DNA from: Planctomycetota bacterium
GTDB lineage: Bacteria > Planctomycetota > UBA1135 > UBA2386
Direction: 5' to 3'
NCBI GenBank assembly: GCA_965228735.1
Contig: OZ245838.1
Coordinates: 5,984,001 to 6,048,000, forward strand
DNA length: 64,000 bases
Shown here: positions 38,529-47,220 of the stretch, piece after piece
How positions within the stretch are numbered: the stretch's first letter is position 1
Layout of the letters: every line of letters starts with the position of its first letter
Translations under genes and position numbers: made by a program
Notes under the pieces: generated by a model
The model's database searches: none
Seen by the model: the letters and a program-made list of their open reading frames with translations, nothing else
What the model was told of the DNA's origin: nothing

Positions 38529-41407
38529 TGCTTGCTCCGGTGATCGACGACCACGCGGCCGTTGCAGACGACGAGCAGCACGCGGCTCTGCGGCTCGAAG
38601 GGGTTGCCCGAGAACACGACGAAGTCCGCGTCCTTGCCCTTCTCGAGCGAGCCGACGCGATCCGCGATGCGGAACGCCTCGGCCGGCCAGAGTGTCAGCG
38701 CCTTGAGCGCGTCCGCGGGGCTCAGGCCGTAGCGCACGGCGTAGGCCGCGTGCATCGGCAGGTGGCGCGCGCCCTTGCACTCGCCGCTGCCGAACAGCAC
38801 GGGCTGACCGCGGTCGGCGAGAACCGCCGGCTTGTTCTGCAGCTGGCCCTTCTCGTCCTCGGTCACGACGACCGGGCCGACGATGACGGGCGGGTTCTTG
38901 CCGTTGCCGATCGCCTGATCGTCGACGAGGTCGCGCACGCCCTGCAGCACGTAGGAGATCTCCTCCTTCTCGAGCAGGTCGATCACGTCGCGCGTCGCCG
39001 CGCCGCGGTTCGTCACGACGACGAGAGCCGCGCGCTTCTCGAGCACGGCGCGGATCGGTTCGAGGTTGTGGTCGACCTTGGGCGCCTCGGGCTTGTCCGA
39101 CTTCGCTTCCTCGGCCTCCTTCGCGATGGCCTCGACCTTGCTCGGCTTGCCCTGGCTCGTGCGCTTGGCGGCGAAGTCCTGCTCGCCGAGACGGCCGAGC
39201 GAGATCTTGCCGCTCATCGACTCGCCGTTGATCGTGGCTTCGATCTTGGCGTCGCCGCCGCGGCCCATGCCGGCGAACTCGAGCACGAGCTTGCCGCCCT
39301 GGAACGAGCCGGAGTTGATCGGGCGCGGCTGCATGCGGCGGCCGCCGAAGCCGACGCTGATGTTGCCCGTGACCTTCGTGCCCTGACGCTCGAGCTCGAG
39401 GATCAGCTTGAGCTGGATCTGGCCGCGGATGTCGATGTCGGCCTCCCAGGTGCCGGTGACGGCGTCGGCGGTCTCGCCGGCGTCCTTCTCACCTTCGCCG
39501 GTCTTGTCGCCCTGCTTCGCGGCGGCCTGCTCGGCGGCCGGCTTCTCGGCGCTCGCTGTCGCGGTGCCGTCCTGCTTCTGCTGCCACTCGGCGAGCGCCT
39601 TCTCGTAGTCCTGCCACTTCTTGACGTAGGCCTTGCCGCGGTCGAGCTGCGACTTGACCGCGTTGATCGCGCCCGGGCCGATCGCGTCGTGCTGCATGCG
39701 CACGCCGGCGATCTCCCGCACGACGAGGCCGGCGCGGTCCTTGGCGCCGGTCTTGACCGCGGTCACGCGGTGCGGCGTCGCGCCGCGATCCTTGCCGGAC
39801 GCGAGCACGGTCGTCAGACCCTCCGCGAGCGCGCCCTCGAACATCGGGTCGTCGTACTCGATCGCTTCGTCGAGCCTGGCTGCGGCGGTGCCGCTCGGCA
39901 CGCCCTGGCCGTCGCCGGCGAGGCCGAGGTGCGAGAACGCGTCGACGAAGCCGGGCGTCATGACCGCCTCGCCGAGATCGATGACCTCGGCGCCGTAGGG
40001 CACCGCGAGCTCTTCGCCGACGGCCTTGATGCGACCGTCCTGCACGATGATCGTGCCGTCGCGGTAGACGCGGCCCGTCGCATCGAGGATCCGGCCGCAG
40101 CGCACGGCGAGCACCGCGCGCGTCGGCGACGGTTCGCGCTCGAACATCCGTTCGCCGCCGATCCAGGTCGACTCGACCATCGTGCCGACGGCGAGCGGGT
40201 CGCCGCTGAGGATCACGAAGTCGGCGTCCTTGCCGGCCGCGAGCGTGCCGACGCGATCGTCGACGCCGAGGATCGCGGCCGCGTCCGCGCCGATGGCGCG
40301 CAGCGCGTGTTCGCGCGACAGCCCGTGGCGCACCGCGATCGCGACCGCCATGAGGTAGTCGCGCGCCGAAACGCCGGGGGCGGGGCACAGGCCGATCTTC
40401 ATCCCGGCCGCCGCGGCCTTGGCCGGCGCGTCTGGCCGCGCTTCGAGCGTCTCCTGCTGGCGGTCCTCACCGCCCGGGTTGCGCTGGCCGAAGCGCACCG
40501 GCACGCGGAACGTCGCCGCGACCTGCTGGCCGGCGGCGCGCTCGGCGATCGGGCCGATGTGCTGCGGGTCCTCGAGCACCATCGTCAGCCCGAGCTCCTT
40601 CTGCAGCTCGAGCGCGCGGTGGATGTCGTAGGTCTTGACCGCGGCCGCGCGCACGCGCAGCTTGCCGGTCGCGGCATCGCGGATCGCGGACTCGTCGTAG
40701 AGATGCTCGGCCGGGCCCTCACCGCCGAGGCCGACGTCCTCGGCCTTGCTCGCCGCGGCTTCCGCGAACAGCGCGCGCAGCTCCGGCAGCACGGCGATGC
40801 GCGCCGTTGGCGTCTGGATGCGCGAGGGCTGCAGCGGCTCGTCGCTCGTCGGGAACGGGTTCGGCTCGAACACGCGGGGCGCGCGCACCGAGCTGTCGCC
40901 GAAGTCGACGCGCAGGCAGTTGGCGTCGTCGAGCACGCGCTCGACGATGTCGTCACCGGCCGTCTTCACGACCGCGCCCTGACCCGAGATCAGGCGCTGC
41001 CGCCCGGGTGACAGGTAGAGCGTCGTGACGCCGCCGGCGAGCTCGGCGCGGCGCCTGCGCTCGAAGTCGAACGCGTCGAGCGCGAGCGCGTCGGGCGTGA
41101 CCTGGTACTCGGAGTCGGCGGCGCCGCTGAGGTCGCTGTCGACCGCGACGATGCCGGGCATCACGACCTTGTCGCGCGCGTCCGTGACGGGCACGTTCGC
41201 GGGCGGCGCGGTCTTGCCGATGCTCTTGATCTTGCCGTTCTCGACGACGAGCCAGACGTCCTGCATGGCCGTCTTGCCGTCGCCGGTCAGCAACGTGCCG
41301 CAGCGGATCGCGCGCGCGCCGGTCTCGCCCTGCGCCGGCAGGAAGCCGGCGAGGGTGAGCAGCGCGGCCGTCGCCGCCGCCTGGAAGCGGAAGGAATGGA
41401 ATCGCAT
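38525..41407 (-). CDS. Secreted tandem two-domain amidohydrolase-superfamily protein 5, both domains degenerate, with inserted beta domain
   Basis: PGIVAVDSD and PGFVDAFSH; two GKDADF..SG[D/N]P C-terminal motifs; 960 aa. Confidence 0.85.
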   Translation of the reverse strand: MRFHSFRFQAAATAALLTLAGFLPAQGETGARAIRCGTLLTGDGKTAMQDVWLVVENGKIKSIGKTAPPANVPVTDARDKVVMPGIVAVDSDLSGAADSEYQVTPDALALDAFDFERRRRAELAGGVTTLYLSPGRQRLISGQGAVVKTAGDDIVERVLDDANCLRVDFGDSSVRAPRVFEPNPFPTSDEPLQPSRIQTPTARIAVLPELRALFAEAAASKAEDVGLGGEGPAEHLYDESAIRDAATGKLRVRAAAVKTYDIHRALELQKELGLTMVLEDPQHIGPIAERAAGQQVAATFRVPVRFGQRNPGGEDRQQETLEARPDAPAKAAAAGMKIGLCPAPGVSARDYLMAVAIAVRHGLSREHALRAIGADAAAILGVDDRVGTLAAGKDADFVILSGDPLAVGTMVESTWIGGERMFEREPSPTRAVLAVRCGRILDATGRVYRDGTIIVQDGRIKAVGEELAVPYGAEVIDLGEAVMTPGFVDAFSHLGLAGDGQGVPSGTAAARLDEAIEYDDPMFEGALAEGLTTVLASGKDRGATPHRVTAVKTGAKDRAGLVVREIAGVRMQHDAIGPGAINAVKSQLDRGKAYVKKWQDYEKALAEWQQKQDGTATASAEKPAAEQAAAKQGDKTGEGEKDAGETADAVTGTWEADIDIRGQIQLKLILELERQGTKVTGNISVGFGGRRMQPRPINSGSFQGGKLVLEFAGMGRGGDAKIEATINGESMSGKISLGRLGEQDFAAKRTSQGKPSKVEAIAKEAEEAKSDKPEAPKVDHNLEPIRAVLEKRAALVVVTNRGAATRDVIDLLEKEEISYVLQGVRDLVDDQAIGNGKNPPVIVGPVVVTEDEKGQLQNKPAVLADRGQPVLFGSGECKGARHLPMHAAYAVRYGLSPADALKALTLWPAEAFRIADRVGSLEKGKDADFVVFSGNPFEPQSRVLLVVCNGRVVVDHRSKQ

Positions 41408-41411
41408 CGGA

Positions 41412-42725
41412 CTACTTGTTGTCCTCGCCGCTCTTGTTGTCGCCGTCCGGGCCGCCGCCCTTCTTCTCCTTGTCCTGCTCGTCGCCGAACAGGTACTGGA
41501 GGCGCGGGTCCTTGTCGCGTTCGTAGACGACGCTGCCGTCGAGCAGCACCGTGTCGACCCACGTCGTGGCCTCGAACGGATCGCCCGTGAGCACCTGCAG
41601 GTTGGCGACCTTGCCGACCTCGATCGTGCCGACCTGGTCCTCCAGACCGAGGATCTTCGCGGGCACGACCGTCAGCGCCTCGAGGGCCTGGCGGCGCGAC
41701 AGACCGTTGCGCACGCACGTGCCGAGCTGCCACCACGGGTAGCTCGTCGGGCCGCTCGAGCCGAGCGTCAGCGCGAACGGCACGCCGGCGTCCGCGAGCA
41801 GCTTCGCGACGCAGATCTTCTTCTGCTCGCGCGTCTCCTCGTCGGTCTCGCGGTACTCGATGTTGTCGTCGAGGATCATCGGCATCTCGAAGCGCGCGAG
41901 CTTGCTCGCGGCCTCGTCCACGTCGCGACCGAGCACGATCTGCAGGTCGAGTTCCTGCGACAGGCGCAGCGCTTCACCGACCTCGGCGTAGGACGGCACG
42001 TAGAGCCAGCCCTTGGCCTTTTTTTCGACGAGCTTCGCGGCGGCCTTCTTCGTCCGGTCGTACTCCTCGTCCCACTCCTTGTCCGCGGGCTCGGCGCCGG
42101 CCTTCTTGGCGTCCTCGAACTCCTGCTTGCGGCGTTCGAAGTCGGCGATGTACTCGCGCACGTCGGCCAGCGCGCGGCGCAGCTCCCGGATCTGCTGCAG
42201 GCGCCGGCCGCGCTGGTTCATCAGCGACACCTTGATGCCGGTGTTGGCCGCGACCGTCATGTCCTCGATCGTCTTGCCGAACGGCTTCAGGACCATGCCC
42301 GAGCCGCCGAGCAACGTGCTGTTGCCGGGCTGCACGTGGACCGTGCCGACGCCGTTGCGCAGCGCGTCCTCGAAGTAGGTCGACGCCGGGTCGACCGCGT
42401 CGGCGACCGATAGCCACGGCACGTTCTGCATGCTCTCGTTGCTGCCGCGCATGCCGCCCGTGCCGTGCGCGATGACCCACGTCGGCATGACGACCTTGTC
42501 CGAGGCGTCGACGACCGTCGCCGTCCACGGGATCTCGACCTCGGTCGCCTTGCTGATCTGCTTGATGCGGCCGTTCTCGATCAGGATGACGCTGTTCTCG
42601 AGCGCCGGCCCGCTGACCGTGAGGATCTTGCCGGCCTTGACGGCGACCATGTCCTGCGCCGCGGCGGGTGCGGCGCACAGGGAGACCACCGCGCTGATCG
42701 CGGTGAGGGTGAGGAGCTTGTTCAT
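41412..42725 (-). CDS. Secreted amidohydrolase-superfamily protein 4, degenerate
   Basis: VMPTWVIAHGT (one His only); GTIEVGKVANLQVLTGDPF. Confidence 0.85.
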   Translation of the reverse strand: MNKLLTLTAISAVVSLCAAPAAAQDMVAVKAGKILTVSGPALENSVILIENGRIKQISKATEVEIPWTATVVDASDKVVMPTWVIAHGTGGMRGSNESMQNVPWLSVADAVDPASTYFEDALRNGVGTVHVQPGNSTLLGGSGMVLKPFGKTIEDMTVAANTGIKVSLMNQRGRRLQQIRELRRALADVREYIADFERRKQEFEDAKKAGAEPADKEWDEEYDRTKKAAAKLVEKKAKGWLYVPSYAEVGEALRLSQELDLQIVLGRDVDEAASKLARFEMPMILDDNIEYRETDEETREQKKICVAKLLADAGVPFALTLGSSGPTSYPWWQLGTCVRNGLSRRQALEALTVVPAKILGLEDQVGTIEVGKVANLQVLTGDPFEATTWVDTVLLDGSVVYERDKDPRLQYLFGDEQDKEKKGGGPDGDNKSGEDNK

Positions 42726-43948
42726 CGGGAGGTGTGGACCGGTTGACCGTCGACGTGGACCGAGACGGGGGTGGCCGTGGGGTGAAGGGGATCGTGGGAC
42801 CAGACGACGAAGTCGGCGTCCTTGCCCGTGGCGAGGCTGCCGACGCGATCGTCGATGCCGAGGAGGCGGGCGGGGAGGATCGTCACCGCGTCGAGCGCGA
42901 GCTCGGGCGCGATGCCGTTGCGCGCGGCGAACATCGCCTCACGCACGAGGTCGAGCGCTTCGGGGTTGGTACCCGTCGTGATGACGAACGGGATCTTGCG
43001 GTCGGCGAGCTTGGACACGGTCGCGCCGCGCGGGTCGGCACCGTCGCGCCCGGCCGTGCCGGCGACACGCTCCGCGCTCGGGGCGCCGAGCAGCACAGTG
43101 ACCTCGGCCTTCTGCAGCTCGTCGAGGACGTAGTAGGCGTCCTGCGCGTCGTCGATGACGGTCTTGTAGCCGAACTCTTCGGCGAGACGCAGCGCGGTGC
43201 GGATGTCCTGCTCGCTGCGCGCGGTCGTGAACGCCGTGAGGTTGCCGGCGAGGACGCGTTTCAGCACCTCCATGCCGGGGCTCGGCGTCGGGTCGCCGCC
43301 GTCGAGCGTGTTCTCCTCCTTGGCCTGGAAGAACGCCTGCCGCGCGGCCCACACGACGCCCATGCGGGTCGTCGGCCGGCGGTAGTAGATCGAGTCGATG
43401 CGGCCGCCGCGGATCGCGCGGTTGCCGAGCGACGGTTCGCTGCCCATGACGAGACGCATGCTGGCCTCGCGATCGAGGATCATCTTGCTCGGGCTGCTGC
43501 CGAACGTCTTGATCGCGCAGCCGAGACCGGAGATCACGTTGCGCGTCCCGGGCATCACGTGCACGGTCGTCACGCCGGCCTCGCGGGCCCGGACGAACGC
43601 CGGATCCTCGGGGTCGATCGCGTCGAGCGCGCGCATGTGCGGCGTGACCTCCTCGCTCTGCTCGTTGAGGTCGGTGTAGTCGACGCTGATCTGAAACGAC
43701 GCGTCGACGAGGCCCGGCGTGATCACCTGACCCGCGCAATCGACCGTGACGGCGCCGTCGGGGATCGGCGTCGAAGCACCGCCGACGGCCTGGATCTTGC
43801 CGCCGGCGACGATGAGCACGCCGTCAGCGATCGGCGCGCCGCCGCCCGGCATGATCGTCGCACCCTTGTAGACCGTCACACGGTCCTGCGCGGCGAGCGG
43901 ACTCGCGACGACAGCGGCGAGGAGAACGGACAGAACGGGCGAACGCAT
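42722..43948 (-). CDS. Secreted amidohydrolase-superfamily protein 3, degenerate
   Basis: PGLVDASFQ; PTTRMG; GSLATGKDADFVVWSHDPL; start MRSPVL with TGATG overlap. Confidence 0.85.
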   Translation of the reverse strand: MRSPVLSVLLAAVVASPLAAQDRVTVYKGATIMPGGGAPIADGVLIVAGGKIQAVGGASTPIPDGAVTVDCAGQVITPGLVDASFQISVDYTDLNEQSEEVTPHMRALDAIDPEDPAFVRAREAGVTTVHVMPGTRNVISGLGCAIKTFGSSPSKMILDREASMRLVMGSEPSLGNRAIRGGRIDSIYYRRPTTRMGVVWAARQAFFQAKEENTLDGGDPTPSPGMEVLKRVLAGNLTAFTTARSEQDIRTALRLAEEFGYKTVIDDAQDAYYVLDELQKAEVTVLLGAPSAERVAGTAGRDGADPRGATVSKLADRKIPFVITTGTNPEALDLVREAMFAARNGIAPELALDAVTILPARLLGIDDRVGSLATGKDADFVVWSHDPLHPTATPVSVHVDGQPVHTSR

Positions 43949-45120
43949 CAGCGGGTTTCCTCGGAGGTCTTGGTCTGGTTGGCGCGCTTCGACTCGGAGC
44001 CGCGCAGCAGCGTGCCGTCCACCCAGCACGCGACGTGCGCGCTGTGCAGGTCGAGCGGGTGACCGCTCCACACGTTGAAGTCGGCGGCGCAACCGCGGCG
44101 CAGCGCGCCGACCGTCGCGGTCTGACCGAGCAGGTCGGCCGGCGTGCGGGTCAGCGCCTGCAGCGCGACGGCGCGATCGAGGCCGTGCCGCACGGCGAGT
44201 ACCGCGGACAGCCGCAGCTTGCTCGGGTCGCCCGCGAACGCGAACGGCACGCCGGCCGCGGCGAGCTCGGCGGGCAGGCGGAGCTGCTCGAGACGCATCT
44301 CGGGGCGCAGCGTCGACAGCACGATCGCGGCCTTCTGCGCCGCGATCCGGTCCATCACCTTCTTCGCCTCGGCGCCGCCGACGATGACGGGGCTGAAGCC
44401 GAACTCCTCGGCGAGGTCGAGCAGGCCCGACAGCTCGGTGTAGGTGTCGGCGTGCGCGAACACGCGGCGCGAGCCGTCGAGCACCTCGCGAACGATCGCG
44501 ACGGCGGGGCCGCCCTGCGTGCCCTTCTGCGCGTCGCCGAACACCGTGCGGAGCATCTCGAGCGCGCCGATCAGCGATGTCGGCGCGCGCTGCTGATCGC
44601 GCGCGACCTTGGCGATCGACAGCTGCAGGTGCAGCTCGCGTTCGGCGATGCGGCCCTGGGCGTCGTCGCCGCTCTTGCCCGGCTTGGCGAGCGCCGCGAG
44701 GCCGCCCGCGACGTTGCGCGGCGACGGCGACAGCGCGACCGACGTGATGCCGGCGTCCGGCAGCTCGTCGAGCTCGTCGTTCCACGGATCGAACGCTTCG
44801 GCGGCGAGCAGGTCGGGCGTGAAAGCGAACGCGGCCTCGGCGAGGTCGCCGTCCTGGCTCAGCGTCGACTGCGCGAGCACGAAGCCCGGCGTGATCGTCG
44901 CGTCGCCGTAGTCGAGGCGGCGGGCCGTGCGGCGCGCTTCCGCGGGGATCTCGTCGCCGAGGTAGAGGACCTTGCCGTCGCGCACGAGCAGCTGGCCCGG
45001 CGAGAGGACGGTGCCCGGCGCGACGACGATGCGCTGCGCCTGGATCAACAGGTCCTGCGCGTTCGCCGCGGCGGTCAGAACGCCGAGGGCGAGACAGAAG
45101 GAGGGAAGGGAGCGATGCAT
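43948..45120 (-). CDS. Secreted amidohydrolase-superfamily protein 2, degenerate
   Basis: PGFVLAQST; GALRRGCAADFNVWSGHPL; start 45120 or 45129. Confidence 0.85.
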   Translation of the reverse strand: MHRSLPSFCLALGVLTAAANAQDLLIQAQRIVVAPGTVLSPGQLLVRDGKVLYLGDEIPAEARRTARRLDYGDATITPGFVLAQSTLSQDGDLAEAAFAFTPDLLAAEAFDPWNDELDELPDAGITSVALSPSPRNVAGGLAALAKPGKSGDDAQGRIAERELHLQLSIAKVARDQQRAPTSLIGALEMLRTVFGDAQKGTQGGPAVAIVREVLDGSRRVFAHADTYTELSGLLDLAEEFGFSPVIVGGAEAKKVMDRIAAQKAAIVLSTLRPEMRLEQLRLPAELAAAGVPFAFAGDPSKLRLSAVLAVRHGLDRAVALQALTRTPADLLGQTATVGALRRGCAADFNVWSGHPLDLHSAHVACWVDGTLLRGSESKRANQTKTSEETR

Positions 45121-45131
45121 GACGAGCACGA

Positions 45132-46883
45132 TCAGTTGGCCTCGTATTCGGTGCGGCCCTTGCCGAGCACGAGCAGCACGCGGCTGTCGCTCTCGAACAA
45201 CGGTCGGTCGAAGATCACCACGTCGGCGAACTTGCCGCGGGTCAGCGACCCGGTGTCGCGGTTGATGCCGAGGATCTCGGCGGGGGTGAGCGTGATGGCG
45301 CGCAGCGCGGCGGCCGGGGCGAGGCCGCGGCCGACGGCCGTCGCGGCCATGAGCGGCAGCAGCGACGCGTGCCGCGCCTTGCCGGTCGCGATCGCGAACG
45401 GCACACCGGCCTTGTCGAGGTGCTGCGGTGCCGCGGCCGGATCGAACGCCTCGTAGAGCTTCGGCATGCTGCTCGGCAGCACGTCCGTCAGCACGACCGT
45501 CGCGCCGGCTTCGCTGATGGTCTCGGCGAGCTGGGCGACGCCGTAGGCCTGCTCGAGCACGAGCAGCGGCACTTCGGCCGCGCGCTGCAGCGCGAGCGCG
45601 GCGCGCAGTTCGTCCGGGCGGTGGGCTTCGACGCGCAGCGGCATCTCGCCTTCGAGGACCGCGAGCAGGGCTTCCTTCGTCGGGTCTTCCTTGACCGGCT
45701 TGGGGTAGGTCGGGCGCTTCGGCGCCTCGTCCTTCTTCGCGGCCGGCTTCTGGTCGTCGCCCTTCTTGTCGCCGGCTCCCTGCGCGGGCTTCTCGCCCTC
45801 ACCCTGCGGCGGCTTGCCCTGCGGGTCCTGCGCCGTCGCGGCGGGCTCGGCTGCGAGCAGCTCGAGCATCTCGAAGAACGCGGCCTCGAACTCGGGCGAC
45901 GCCAGCAGCTCTTCGCCGTTCATCGCGTTGCCGCCACCGGGTGGGCCGCCGCGCCGGCGCCGGCCATCGGCGCCGCCGGCGTTGCCCGGCCGGTTGCCGC
46001 CGCCGCGGCGTGCGTTACCGGACTCGCTGCCGCCGTCCTTGCCGTCCTCGGCCTTCTTCTTGGCCTTGTTCTTCTCGTGCCACTCGAGCCACTTCTTGAA
46101 GTCCTCGGCGTACTTGTCGAGGTCCTTGTTGTACTTCTGCTTGGCCTCTTCGTACTTGTCGAGACCGTCGAACGTCTTGAGCAGCGCGTCGAGTTGCTGC
46201 TGCCGCGCGAGCGCATGGGTCGGCACCGGACCGCGCGTCATGCGCAGCTGCACCGCGGCCTTGCTCTTGTCCTCCCACACCTCGAAGCCGTCCTTCCGCG
46301 GCCGCACGATCGCGCCCTGCCCTGCCGGCGCGCTCACGTAGGCGACCGTGATCCCCGCCGCCGCGAGCGCGTCGTCACGCGTGTGCCGCAGCTGCAGGTC
46401 GTCGGCGAGCGCCATGCCCGCGTCGAGCTGTCCGGTCTGCGTCGCGGGATCGGTGAACGCGTCGGTCTCGGCGTCGATCAGGCCCGGGTAGACGTGCCCC
46501 GCGGGGAACGCCCGCACGGTCGCGCTCTCCGGGATCTCGACCTCGCCCTGCTTGCCGACCGCGAGGATGCGCTCGCCGCGAATCAGCACGACGCCGTTCT
46601 CGATCGCCGGACCGCTGACCGGGTGCACGTGGCCAGCGGTGATCGCGATGACGGGCTGGCGGCGGCTGCCCCGACCTTGGCGACCGGGACCCTGGCGACC
46701 AGCTCGGTTCCCGCGGCGGTTGCCGCCCTGGCGACCCGGGTCCTGGGCCCCGGCCCGCTCGGTGCCGGCCCGTTCGGATTTCGGCGCGGGTTCGGGTTCC
46801 TGCGGTCGCACCACTGATCTGGCCGGCAGACCCAGGGTCGAAAGGAGGAACAGGACAGGGAAGTGCCAGGGAATCCTGCGCAT
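45132..46883 (-). CDS. Secreted amidohydrolase-superfamily protein 1, degenerate, with long low-complexity insertion
   Basis: PGLIDAETD (ExD replaces HxH); GSLTRGKFADVVIFD; start MRRIPW. Confidence 0.85.
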   Translation of the reverse strand: MRRIPWHFPVLFLLSTLGLPARSVVRPQEPEPAPKSERAGTERAGAQDPGRQGGNRRGNRAGRQGPGRQGRGSRRQPVIAITAGHVHPVSGPAIENGVVLIRGERILAVGKQGEVEIPESATVRAFPAGHVYPGLIDAETDAFTDPATQTGQLDAGMALADDLQLRHTRDDALAAAGITVAYVSAPAGQGAIVRPRKDGFEVWEDKSKAAVQLRMTRGPVPTHALARQQQLDALLKTFDGLDKYEEAKQKYNKDLDKYAEDFKKWLEWHEKNKAKKKAEDGKDGGSESGNARRGGGNRPGNAGGADGRRRRGGPPGGGNAMNGEELLASPEFEAAFFEMLELLAAEPAATAQDPQGKPPQGEGEKPAQGAGDKKGDDQKPAAKKDEAPKRPTYPKPVKEDPTKEALLAVLEGEMPLRVEAHRPDELRAALALQRAAEVPLLVLEQAYGVAQLAETISEAGATVVLTDVLPSSMPKLYEAFDPAAAPQHLDKAGVPFAIATGKARHASLLPLMAATAVGRGLAPAAALRAITLTPAEILGINRDTGSLTRGKFADVVIFDRPLFESDSRVLLVLGKGRTEYEAN

Positions 46884-47220
46884 GTGGCCGGGCGATCGGG
46901 GTCTAGCGGGGGGCCGCTGGTGCGGCGCGGGGGGCCCCGCATTTACGGCGACGGGACGATGGTCTGCCAACCCTTTTTGCAGGCCCCGGTGCAACTTGGG
47001 TGTCGCGGGGCCGCCGGGCGGCAATTGTGCGGTGCGACGGAAGGTCGGACCGTCACAGTCAACCGTTGCCCATCGGCGGCACCCTGAGGCACGACAACCA
47101 CTTCGAAGTCATCGTCATCGGGCCCAGGATGGGCGGTAAACCGCTGATAAGGGTAAGATCGCCGGCGTTCTGGTGACGACCGGAGCCGGACCCGCGGACG
47201 CAGCGGGAAGAGAGTCGCCC

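Noticed and set aside
32936..46883. Degenerate amidohydrolases as pseudogenes or an assembly duplication
   Set aside because: All frames are intact with signal peptides and conserved structural motifs, and the copies are too diverged to be collapsed or duplicated reads.
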